The notes: generated from the letters alone by a model not told the origin. A stretch of 15,072 nucleotides of DNA from Candidatus Helarchaeota ASGARD archaeon Hel_GB_B (GCA_005191425.1 SUPR01000083.1:1-15072); one strand, 5' to 3'; shown: positions 1 through 6,736, counted from the stretch's first letter. A program made the numbers and translations.

Positions 1-113
1 CCTAAGTGTCTAAAAAAGTAAAATCAACAGACTAATAAATATCATTAATCAATATAATTATAGATATTAATTTTTAGAGTGTATTTAGGTTATCATTAAT
101 TTTACTAATTCAA

Positions 114-1700
114 GTGATTAAGTGGTCAAATTCAATGGTCGATGATAAAATTGTTGATTTTTTCTTAGAAAATGGGTTTGTAATTACGCCTGAAACATTG
201 ATTTATTTGAGAAATGAAAATTCAAAAAATAGAGAGAACCTTATAAAGAGCGCAATCTATCGCGCCAAATCACTTGCTGAAAGACCATTAGTCATTACCA
301 AGGAGTTCCTACTTGAACAGACAGATAGAAATTTACAAACAAAAAAAAGTTTGGAGGTATCTCAAGCCCAACAAATAAGGGAAAATAAAAAGGACGAAGT
401 AAAAGATAGACATCTTAGCAGTAAAAAGGTATCAAAATTTAAAGCTAAAGATGTGGAACCAATAATTGAAATAATGATCGACCCAACTGGGAACTTAATT
501 GGGACAGGAGAAATCAATAATGTCCATAAGTATTTTCTTGATCGATTTATGGCACTACAAAATTTACTTCAAAAACGGCCAGATTCTAAAGGGGCTATAA
601 CTATTGACCAAGTTTTTAATTATACGGACAAGGTTAAAGTAATTGGGATGGTAAAAGACAAAAAAGAAAGTGAAGATAAAGTAAATAAAGGGATATATAA
701 TTATTCTATTGAATTAGAGGATTTACATGGGACTATCCGAGTTTTTATACCAGGTTCAGTTGAAAATTTAAGTATTATCGGTAGTTGCATAATGCTGGAC
801 CAAGTTATTTGTGTTGAAGGAGTATTAAAAAACGGTCAAATTATTGCAGAAAACATTTATTTCCCGGACATCCCGGAAAAACAACATTTTAGTGGGATTT
901 CGGACCCAATATGTGCGGCTTTAATTTCAGACCTTCATTTTGGAAGTAAGAAATTTATGGCTGATAATTTTATTAATTTTATTGAATGGTTACAAGGTAA
1001 AGTTGGATCAGAAAAACAGAGGGAATTAGCCCGTAGAGTTAAATATGTCTTGATAGCTGGAGATTTAATTGATGGTGTGGGGGTTTATCCAGAACATGAA
1101 AAGAATTTATCTATTGTTGACATTAAAGGGCAATATGAACTTGCGGCCGAATATTTAAGTCAAATTCCGGAACATATTAGTATTATAATAATTCCAGGTG
1201 GTGCACATGACGCAGTACGGAAAGCATTACCTCAAGAAGCGATTCCAAGGTCATATGCAAGACCATTATATGACTTAGAAAATACAATTATGCTAGGAAA
1301 TCCATCATTTTTTAAGGTACATGGTATGAAGACATTAATGTACCACGGAGAAGGAATTGACGACATAGTCCTATCAATACCTAAAATGAGTTATTCTACA
1401 AATGAATTAGCAATGATCGAATTATTAAAATCAAGACATTTAGCACCAATATACGGGAAAAAAGTGGGGATTTCGCCCGAACCATATGACTGGCTGGTCA
1501 TAAGAGATGTCCCAGATTTATTTCTCTGCGGACACACTCATGTGACAAGGACAGCGAAATATAAAGGAGTTAATTTAATAAATTGTGGGACTTTTCAAGC
1601 TGAAACAGAATATCAACAGAGTTTAGGGATAAAGCCGACCCCAGGAATAGTCCCAATAATAGATATATCAAATTATTCAATTAAATTAAAGAAGTTTTAA
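114..1700 (+). CDS. polB: DNA polymerase D small subunit DP1 (calcineurin-like phosphoesterase / proofreading exonuclease subunit)
   Basis: N-terminal KIVDFFLENGFVITPE region, OB-fold region (VKVIGMVKDKK...IELEDLHGTIRV), phosphoesterase motifs SDLHFGS, AGDLIDG, PGGAHD (atypical), YHGEG and GHTH, and C-terminal NCGTFQAETEYQ...PTPG. The ORF track starts at GTG 114; ATG 135 is an alternative start. Confidence 0.95.
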   Translation: MIKWSNSMVDDKIVDFFLENGFVITPETLIYLRNENSKNRENLIKSAIYRAKSLAERPLVITKEFLLEQTDRNLQTKKSLEVSQAQQIRENKKDEVKDRHLSSKKVSKFKAKDVEPIIEIMIDPTGNLIGTGEINNVHKYFLDRFMALQNLLQKRPDSKGAITIDQVFNYTDKVKVIGMVKDKKESEDKVNKGIYNYSIELEDLHGTIRVFIPGSVENLSIIGSCIMLDQVICVEGVLKNGQIIAENIYFPDIPEKQHFSGISDPICAALISDLHFGSKKFMADNFINFIEWLQGKVGSEKQRELARRVKYVLIAGDLIDGVGVYPEHEKNLSIVDIKGQYELAAEYLSQIPEHISIIIIPGGAHDAVRKALPQEAIPRSYARPLYDLENTIMLGNPSFFKVHGMKTLMYHGEGIDDIVLSIPKMSYSTNELAMIELLKSRHLAPIYGKKVGISPEPYDWLVIRDVPDLFLCGHTHVTRTAKYKGVNLINCGTFQAETEYQQSLGIKPTPGIVPIIDISNYSIKLKKF

Positions 1701-1701
1701 T

Positions 1702-3069
1702 TTACAGCGCTACTAGAATGTATAAATCATTTACGTTCGTCCCAGTATAGCCTGTAAATATTAATCCATCACCAATTTTCTTAAAAAAATTATATGAATC
1801 ATTATTTATTAAGAATTTATTAATATCTAAACTTGAAATTTTTGCCTTTTCAGCAATGGACGAATCGGCAATAGCCCCAGCTGCGTCAGAATTCCCATCA
1901 ATACCATCAGTCCCAATTGCGCCAATAATTATACCTTCATTTTCTATTTTTCTAATCGCAGACAAAATTAATTCTTGGTTCCGGCCACCTTTTCCCCTAC
2001 CTTTCAATGTTACTGTCGTTTCACCACCACCAATAAGCACAATTGGTCTTTTATTTAGAGATAGTTCATTTATTAAATTTATACCGACTTGGGACGCTTC
2101 GCCTTCAATTGAAGAGGAAATTCTTTTACATGGAATTCCGTACTTTTTTGCATAATTTAAGGCGGATTCACATGCTATGTTTAAATTTCCTAAAACATAA
2201 TTTTTTACGTTTTTAAAAATGAGGTCACTTTTCTTTGGGGTTTCCAATGCCTTTCCATCAAGCCCATCCTTTATAAAATTTAAAATTGATTTGGGGAGTT
2301 TATTTTCTAGATTGTATTTTTTAATTATATTCATTGCTTCAAAAAATGTGCTCTCGTCCGGTACTGATGGGCCAGAGGCTATTATATCAAGAGGGTCATT
2401 TAATACGTCAGAAATAATAAGAGTAATAAACATTGCCTTGTTTTTCATGACTAGTTGACCACCTTTAACTTTGGAGCAATGCTTACGGAGAACATTTATT
2501 TCATTAATAGGCATACCAGCCCCTAAAAGTATCTTGTTCATAATTTTTAAGTCATTTATTGTAATACCATTTGCTGGAAGTGGCATTAACGCAGACCCAC
2601 CACCAGATATTAAACAGAAAATAAGGTCGTCGCTTTTAGCCTTTTCGACAATTTCCAACATTTTTAATACTCCGTTCATCCCTTCTTTTGTCGGAATTGG
2701 GTGGCCAGTTTCTATAAATTTAATTTTTTTATCTGTTAAATCATTGGTCTGAGAGCCCCTTGGAATATTGATTACCCCAGCATTAATTCTATCATTTAAA
2801 ATATCCAGAAGCCCTAATGCCATTTCTTTACTTGCTTTTCCGCCACCTATTAAATAAATGTTGGAGACCTTATTCAAATCTATATTAATATAATTATTAC
2901 CAATAATTAGCGTTTGGTCTTTAATAATAATATTTTTTTTAATTAAATTTCTTGGTAAAACAGATTTAATGGCTTCCTCCATTGTTTTTAGTACTAATTC
3001 TCTTCCCTTTTTATTTTTCAATGTTCCACCATTAGATATCAGTTTTTCTAAATTTTTAATTAGTTTCAA
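1702..3069 (-). CDS. gck: Glycerate 2-kinase (MOFRL / DUF4147 family)
   Basis: Motifs GGGKAS, ETGHP, LISGGGSAL, RKHCSKVKGGQL, ISDV, IASGP, GGETTV, GGRNQE, GTDGIDG and TGTNVND. TTG start. Confidence 0.93.
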   Translation of the reverse strand: MKLIKNLEKLISNGGTLKNKKGRELVLKTMEEAIKSVLPRNLIKKNIIIKDQTLIIGNNYINIDLNKVSNIYLIGGGKASKEMALGLLDILNDRINAGVINIPRGSQTNDLTDKKIKFIETGHPIPTKEGMNGVLKMLEIVEKAKSDDLIFCLISGGGSALMPLPANGITINDLKIMNKILLGAGMPINEINVLRKHCSKVKGGQLVMKNKAMFITLIISDVLNDPLDIIASGPSVPDESTFFEAMNIIKKYNLENKLPKSILNFIKDGLDGKALETPKKSDLIFKNVKNYVLGNLNIACESALNYAKKYGIPCKRISSSIEGEASQVGINLINELSLNKRPIVLIGGGETTVTLKGRGKGGRNQELILSAIRKIENEGIIIGAIGTDGIDGNSDAAGAIADSSIAEKAKISSLDINKFLINNDSYNFFKKIGDGLIFTGYTGTNVNDLYILVAL

Positions 3070-3217
3070 TCTTATATCGCCATTCTAAATAGTATTATCA
3101 AACTTCAATAACCTTAAAATTTTCAATTAATTAATTTAATTTAAACAATCATTTAAAATATATAATGTCAAATAAAAAATAGAACAATCAAATAAAAAAA
3201 TTTTAAAGGAATATTCT

Positions 3218-4159
3218 ATGGATATAAGAATTATAGAGACTTTAGCAACAATAGGGATCTTTGGATTAGGTATTTTGTTAATTTTTTTAATTTGGAATTA
3301 TTTATCATGGTATTCGTTAATAATTGTCGTCCCAATAATTATTATTTTAGAAATCTATATCTTAAACAAAATTGATGATTATCATGTCATTAAAAAGAAG
3401 ACCAAGCTAATACAATTGGGAGTTATATCTCAAGAAGAACGAGAAATCAGAAAACCAGTTATTGATGAATTTGAAAATTATAAAAGCAAAGTAAATCAGT
3501 CAATTAAGAATTTAAACAATATATTAATAGATATGGACGATGTATATAATGAGGCTCTTTTTTTAATTGAAGATGGAGAAATTTTTAATGCAAGAAAAAA
3601 GTTCAAGACAATGCTAGCAAGAGCAAATAAGGATATTGAACAAGAAGATATAAAAGTAATTTCATTAACGAATAAGGCACTTGAAACAGCGAACCCAACA
3701 TTAAATATGTCAATAAAGAATTATAAGGAACTTTGGGACAAAACAAGAATTGATATACTTAAAAAAATCAAGGATATTGCAGATAAATTTAAAATTCGGT
3801 CTGAATTAGAATCACAAATTAAAAAGATTTTTAAATTTGAGATAGATAATAACCGACCAGTTAGTGAGAATGACCTTGATACATTAGAACTTCCACTTGA
3901 CCAATATAGAAGGTTATTACGAATTATAGAAAAACCTGTGAAAATTGATATCAAAAAAATGGACCAAAACGAAAAACAACGAATGGGCGAAATCTCAAAA
4001 AAGGTAATATCAGTCTGTATGAAAAATGGAATAACTCCAAATTTGGCATATCTTTTTTATGCATTACAAATAGACTTAAAGACGTCAAAAGAAATTTTAA
4101 GTTATTTGAAAAATATTGGAATGATTGATGTAATATTTTACCACATTGTACCAAAATAA
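3218..4159 (+). CDS. Hypothetical membrane-anchored protein: two N-terminal TM helices, a helical/coiled region and a possible C-terminal winged HTH
   Basis: 313-aa ORF with ATG start and AAAGGA upstream. Hydrophobic stretches at about aa 9-29 and 31-49. No family recognised. Confidence 0.75.
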   Translation: MDIRIIETLATIGIFGLGILLIFLIWNYLSWYSLIIVVPIIIILEIYILNKIDDYHVIKKKTKLIQLGVISQEEREIRKPVIDEFENYKSKVNQSIKNLNNILIDMDDVYNEALFLIEDGEIFNARKKFKTMLARANKDIEQEDIKVISLTNKALETANPTLNMSIKNYKELWDKTRIDILKKIKDIADKFKIRSELESQIKKIFKFEIDNNRPVSENDLDTLELPLDQYRRLLRIIEKPVKIDIKKMDQNEKQRMGEISKKVISVCMKNGITPNLAYLFYALQIDLKTSKEILSYLKNIGMIDVIFYHIVPK

Positions 4160-4224
4160 TTTAATAAAATTTAAAAACGATTAATTGATTTAGATAATAA
4201 AAAATGCCGGGATAGCCAAGCGGT

Positions 4225-4251
4225 ATTAGGTATTATTATATCTAAAGTTAA
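4225..4251 (+). other. tRNA-Ser intron 1 (27 nt, position 20/21, relaxed BHB)
   Basis: 8-bp inner hairpin TTAGGTAT/ATATCTAA, bulges GT^A and AA^A, central helix AGCG/AGTT (one G-A mismatch, one G-U). Removal gives the normal D-arm GCCAAGCGGTACGGC. The spliced product cannot distinguish this from a 1-nt shift (21/22); BHB geometry favours 20/21. Confidence 0.8.
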
Positions 4252-4284
4252 ACGGCGACAGGCTCGAGACCTGTTGGTCATCTG

Positions 4285-4314
4285 TCAAAATATCATTAGA
4301 TATTATTGGATGAA
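4285..4314 (+). other. tRNA-Ser intron 2 (30 nt, inside the variable arm)
   Basis: Perfect 4-bp central helix CATC/GATG, bulges TG^T and AA^A, inner hairpin AATATC-ATTA-GATATT. Removal restores a 4-bp variable stem GGTC/GACC. Confidence 0.85.
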
Positions 4315-4351
4315 ACCTCATGAGTTCGAATCTCATTCCCGGCGTCATCCA

Positions 4352-4365
4352 TTCTTTTTATTTTT
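4352..4365 (+). terminator. Probable oligo(T) terminator of tRNA-Ser
   Basis: TTCTTTTTATTTTT starts 8 nt after the discriminator base, as is typical of archaeal terminators. Confidence 0.5.
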
Positions 4366-4540
4366 AAATTATTTAAGACAAATTTAATTTTTTAATTATT
4401 ATAAAATTGAGTTTGAAGTTTATTAACCGCAATATAGCTGTTCATGTTGTTAGAATGGAAATAATTTTGCTCGTGTTAATAAAATCTGTTTTTTTGAAAC
4501 AAATTTAATAATAAATTAGTCTATATATAAAGGAATAATT

Positions 4541-5413
4541 ATGAAGACGAAAAATATTGATGATATGACAGAAGAATTTCGGAATAAATTCCAGATAATT
4601 GGAAGAGAAAAAGAGATACGGCAGGCGATTCTTGCAAGATTGGCTGGAAAACATATATTAATTGAAGGAGAAGTTGGAGTTGGAAAAACAACATTATCTA
4701 AAGCTCTTGCTAATTTTTTTGACCAAAATTTTTATCGTATTGATGGAGATGAACGATTTACAGAAGCAAAATTAGTAGGACATTTTGATCCTCCACTGGT
4801 CTTAAAAGATGGATATACACCAAATAGCTTTTTTGATGGGCCTTTAACAAGTGCCATGAAAAATGGTGGGATTTTGTTTATTAATGAATTAAATCGATTA
4901 CCTGAAAGGACGCAAAATGTATTATTATCTTCTTTAGATGAAGGAATATTACATATACCAAAATTGGGGCAAATAATTGCAAAAGAGGGCTTTACAGTCA
5001 TTGCAACACAAAACCCAAGTGAGCATGTAGGCGTTGGACTCTTGGGTGAGGCTTTAAAAGACCGGTTTGTGTGGATTAAATTGGACTATCAGTCATTTAG
5101 AGAAGAAGTTGAAATAACCAAATTAAAAACTAATTTTGATCAACAAGATGTTTTAGAAAAAGCAGTCAAAATAGTACGGATGACAAGAGAAAGTCCACAA
5201 TTACGAAGAGGATCATCAGTCAGAGGCGCAATTGACATTGTTTCTATTTTAAAAAACATATTAAACGGGGGTAAGATTAGTTCTTCAGATTGGAATGAAG
5301 TTGCTATAATGAGTTTGGCTCCAAAGGTTGATTTGGAAGATGGTATAGAGTTACCCATTGAGTCAATTATCAGTAATATCGTTTCTCGAGTTATAAATTC
5401 TGAAAACCCTTGA
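4541..5413 (+). CDS. MoxR-like AAA+ ATPase (AAA_5 type)
   Basis: Walker A GEVGVGKT, variant Walker B ILFINE followed by LNR, sensor-1 region ATQNP, ALKDRF, and C-terminal SSVRGAID. Directly upstream of a vWA gene. Confidence 0.9.
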   Translation: MKTKNIDDMTEEFRNKFQIIGREKEIRQAILARLAGKHILIEGEVGVGKTTLSKALANFFDQNFYRIDGDERFTEAKLVGHFDPPLVLKDGYTPNSFFDGPLTSAMKNGGILFINELNRLPERTQNVLLSSLDEGILHIPKLGQIIAKEGFTVIATQNPSEHVGVGLLGEALKDRFVWIKLDYQSFREEVEITKLKTNFDQQDVLEKAVKIVRMTRESPQLRRGSSVRGAIDIVSILKNILNGGKISSSDWNEVAIMSLAPKVDLEDGIELPIESIISNIVSRVINSENP

Positions 5414-6507
5414 ATTTGGATGAGTTAGGTAATGTGCCTAATGACAATTTTTTAGTTGACGAACGAATACGTCTTATGGGTGAGTTTCCGTTAAAAAAAA
5501 TAATTGAAGCCGAAATTAAGAGAAAATGGAATAATGCAGATCAATTTGAAAAACTTCTTAAAGAAGCTGCATTGAATAGAGATGAACTTAGGAGATTAAC
5601 AGATGTAGCTATAAAATATCAAAATAAAGCAGCATTAGAAGGATTTGCACATATAAATAGAATGGTGGTAGCTGAAGCTCTTCAAACAGATGAAGCAGTA
5701 AAATTATTAGATAGGAGGTCTACTAATGAAGAGTCAAATGCACCAGAAATTTTTTTCTTGATCAGAAATTATCTTGAGCCAAAATTTAAAAAACTTTATA
5801 GAAGGTTAGCCAGGTCTTCAATATTACACTTGTCCCTGAAAATTGCTGCTAAATGGCTAAAAGGAGAAATCCCGAAAAAGGTACAATACGACCACGGACT
5901 TGAATTTGACCTAGAAGATACCCTTGAAATATTCTTAGAAAAAGGCTTTAATATTACTTACGAAGATATCGTGGGAATTTTCAGGGAGAAAAAACGGAAA
6001 ATAGGACTTGTAATTATTGACACAAGTGGAAGTATGCATTATGAAAAAATTATCAATGCAGCTCTAACAGCAAGCGTTTTAGCTTATACAATGCGCGAAG
6101 ATGAATATAGTATAATAACCTTTAATACTCAAGCAAAAACTCTTACAGGTTTTAATGATAAAAAAAATACTGAAGAAATCATTGACCAAATACTTGAATC
6201 AGAAGCTATTGGTTATACGAATATAACTGCAGCTCTTAAATTGGGCTTAAAGGAGCTTTTAAAGTTAAAAAGACGCGAAAAATGGGCGATTTTAATAACA
6301 GATGGGAATTATAATAAGGGAGGAGATCCCCGAAAATGGGCATTAAAATATCCAAAATTACATGTAATTGCAATCCCAAGCCGTAAAGAGAAGTGGGGTC
6401 TAAGAATTTGTGAGGATTTGGCTAGAAAAGGGAGAGGTAGGTTTATTAAAGTATCTAAATATTCAGATATTCCAAGAATACTTGCTAAAATGTTGAGAGA
6501 TATTTAG
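5410..6507 (+). CDS. von Willebrand factor A (vWA) domain protein, partner of the MoxR ATPase
   Basis: Complete MIDAS: IIDTSGSM, GYTNI and LITDG. DLEDTLE-type pre-vWA segment. TTG start overlaps the MoxR stop (TTGA). The exact start is uncertain. Confidence 0.88.
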   Translation: MNLDELGNVPNDNFLVDERIRLMGEFPLKKIIEAEIKRKWNNADQFEKLLKEAALNRDELRRLTDVAIKYQNKAALEGFAHINRMVVAEALQTDEAVKLLDRRSTNEESNAPEIFFLIRNYLEPKFKKLYRRLARSSILHLSLKIAAKWLKGEIPKKVQYDHGLEFDLEDTLEIFLEKGFNITYEDIVGIFREKKRKIGLVIIDTSGSMHYEKIINAALTASVLAYTMREDEYSIITFNTQAKTLTGFNDKKNTEEIIDQILESEAIGYTNITAALKLGLKELLKLKRREKWAILITDGNYNKGGDPRKWALKYPKLHVIAIPSRKEKWGLRICEDLARKGRGRFIKVSKYSDIPRILAKMLRDI

Positions 6508-6525
6508 AAAGAAAACATATTAGAG

Positions 6526-6541
6526 AAAGAAAAATTAAAAA
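6526..6541 (-). terminator. Probable oligo(T) terminator of tRNA-Leu
   Basis: The minus strand reads TTTTTAATTTTTCTTT beginning 2 nt after the discriminator. Confidence 0.5.
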
Positions 6542-6556
6542 GTGCGGGGAGTGGGA

Positions 6557-6572
6557 TTTTCGGATTTTCTCT
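6557..6572 (-). other. tRNA-Leu intron 3 (16 nt, T-loop position 59/60)
   Basis: Central helix TTCG/CGAA (4/4 pairs), bulges AA^A and AA^T, outer helix is the T-stem. Removal gives TTCGAAT. Confidence 0.88.
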
Positions 6573-6589
6573 TTCGAACCCACGCAGGC

Positions 6590-6612
6590 TAGCGCTATGA
6601 TTTGATTCATAT
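6590..6612 (-). other. tRNA-Leu intron 2 (23 nt, variable arm)
   Basis: Central helix GCGT/GCGC, bulges AG^A and TA^G, inner helix TATGA/TCATA. Removal gives GGC-GTAG-GCC. Confidence 0.88.
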
Positions 6613-6626
6613 CTACGCCACTGGGT

Positions 6627-6660
6627 ATCTCAAACCAATTATATGCACTATAATAGGGAG
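6627..6660 (-). other. tRNA-Leu intron 1 (34 nt, canonical position 37/38)
   Basis: C32-A35 (CTCA) pairs perfectly with intron TGAG, bulges GG^C and AT^A, inner hairpin ATTATA/TATAAT. Confidence 0.92.
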
Positions 6661-6720
6661 CCTGAGCCCAGTTCCTTTGGCCAACTCGGACATCCCCGCT
6701 TTTTTTATTGCTCTTTTATG

Positions 6721-6728
6721 CATTTAAA
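6721..6728 (-). promoter_or_regulatory. Possible TATA box for tRNA-Leu
   Basis: TTTAAATG lies at -29 to -22 relative to the mature 5' end. The AT-rich background limits specificity. Confidence 0.35.
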
Positions 6729-6736
6729 CAAAAGCA

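Larger units (their letters stand above)
4206..4344 (+). tRNA. tRNA-Ser(CGA) with two non-canonical introns (D-loop 20/21 and variable arm); CCA not encoded
   Basis: Acceptor GCCGGGA(4206-4212)/TCCCGGC(4337-4343), discriminator G4344, D-stem GCC/GGC, anticodon arm ACAGG-CT CGA GA-CCTGT (anticodon 4265-4267), T-arm ATGAG-TTCGAAT-CTCAT. Exons 4206-4224, 4252-4284 and 4315-4344 join to an 82-nt type II tRNA with variable arm GGTC-ATCT-GACC. Confidence 0.93.
6543..6699 (-). tRNA. tRNA-Leu(CAG) with three introns (37/38, variable arm, 59/60); CCA not encoded
   Basis: Acceptor GCGGGGA/TCCCCGC, discriminator A6543, D-arm TCCG-AGTTGGCCAA-AGGA, anticodon stem CTGGG/CCCAG with CAG at 6664-6662, T-stem GTGGG/CCCAC. 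Exons 6699-6661, 6626-6613, 6589-6573 and 6556-6543 join to an 84-nt tRNA with the typical archaeal Leu variable arm TGGCGTAGGCCTGC. Confidence 0.95.

Noticed and set aside
1-113. Possible replication origin or ORB upstream of DP1 (oriC-cdc6-DP1-DP2 arrangement in some archaea)
   Set aside because: AT-rich, but no ORB-like GTTCCA...GGAAAC or G-string motif is visible and no cdc6 lies within the window.
1856-2752. Three + strand ORFs (1856-2155, 2219-2458, 2471-2752)
   Set aside because: Antisense shadows of glycerate kinase with no recognisable motifs.
3168-3199. Direct repeat TCAAATAAAAAA at 3168 and 3188 (20-nt spacing) in the divergent gck/hypothetical intergenic region
   Set aside because: Low-complexity, A-rich and only two copies, so it cannot be distinguished from background.
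3721-4154. Minus-strand ORFs 3721-3954 and 3951-4154
   Set aside because: Antisense to the 313-aa gene and low complexity.
4306-4314. C-box-like TGGATGA in Ser intron 2 (intron-encoded C/D guide RNA?)
   Set aside because: Only a partial match to RUGAUGA, no CUGA D box, and a 30-nt intron is too short.
4732-5358. Minus-strand ORFs 4732-5001 and 5140-5358
   Set aside because: Antisense shadows of the MoxR ATPase.
4206-6699. Integrated element or prophage at the tRNA genes
   Set aside because: No integrase, no duplicated tRNA 3' end (attR) and no mobile-element genes.
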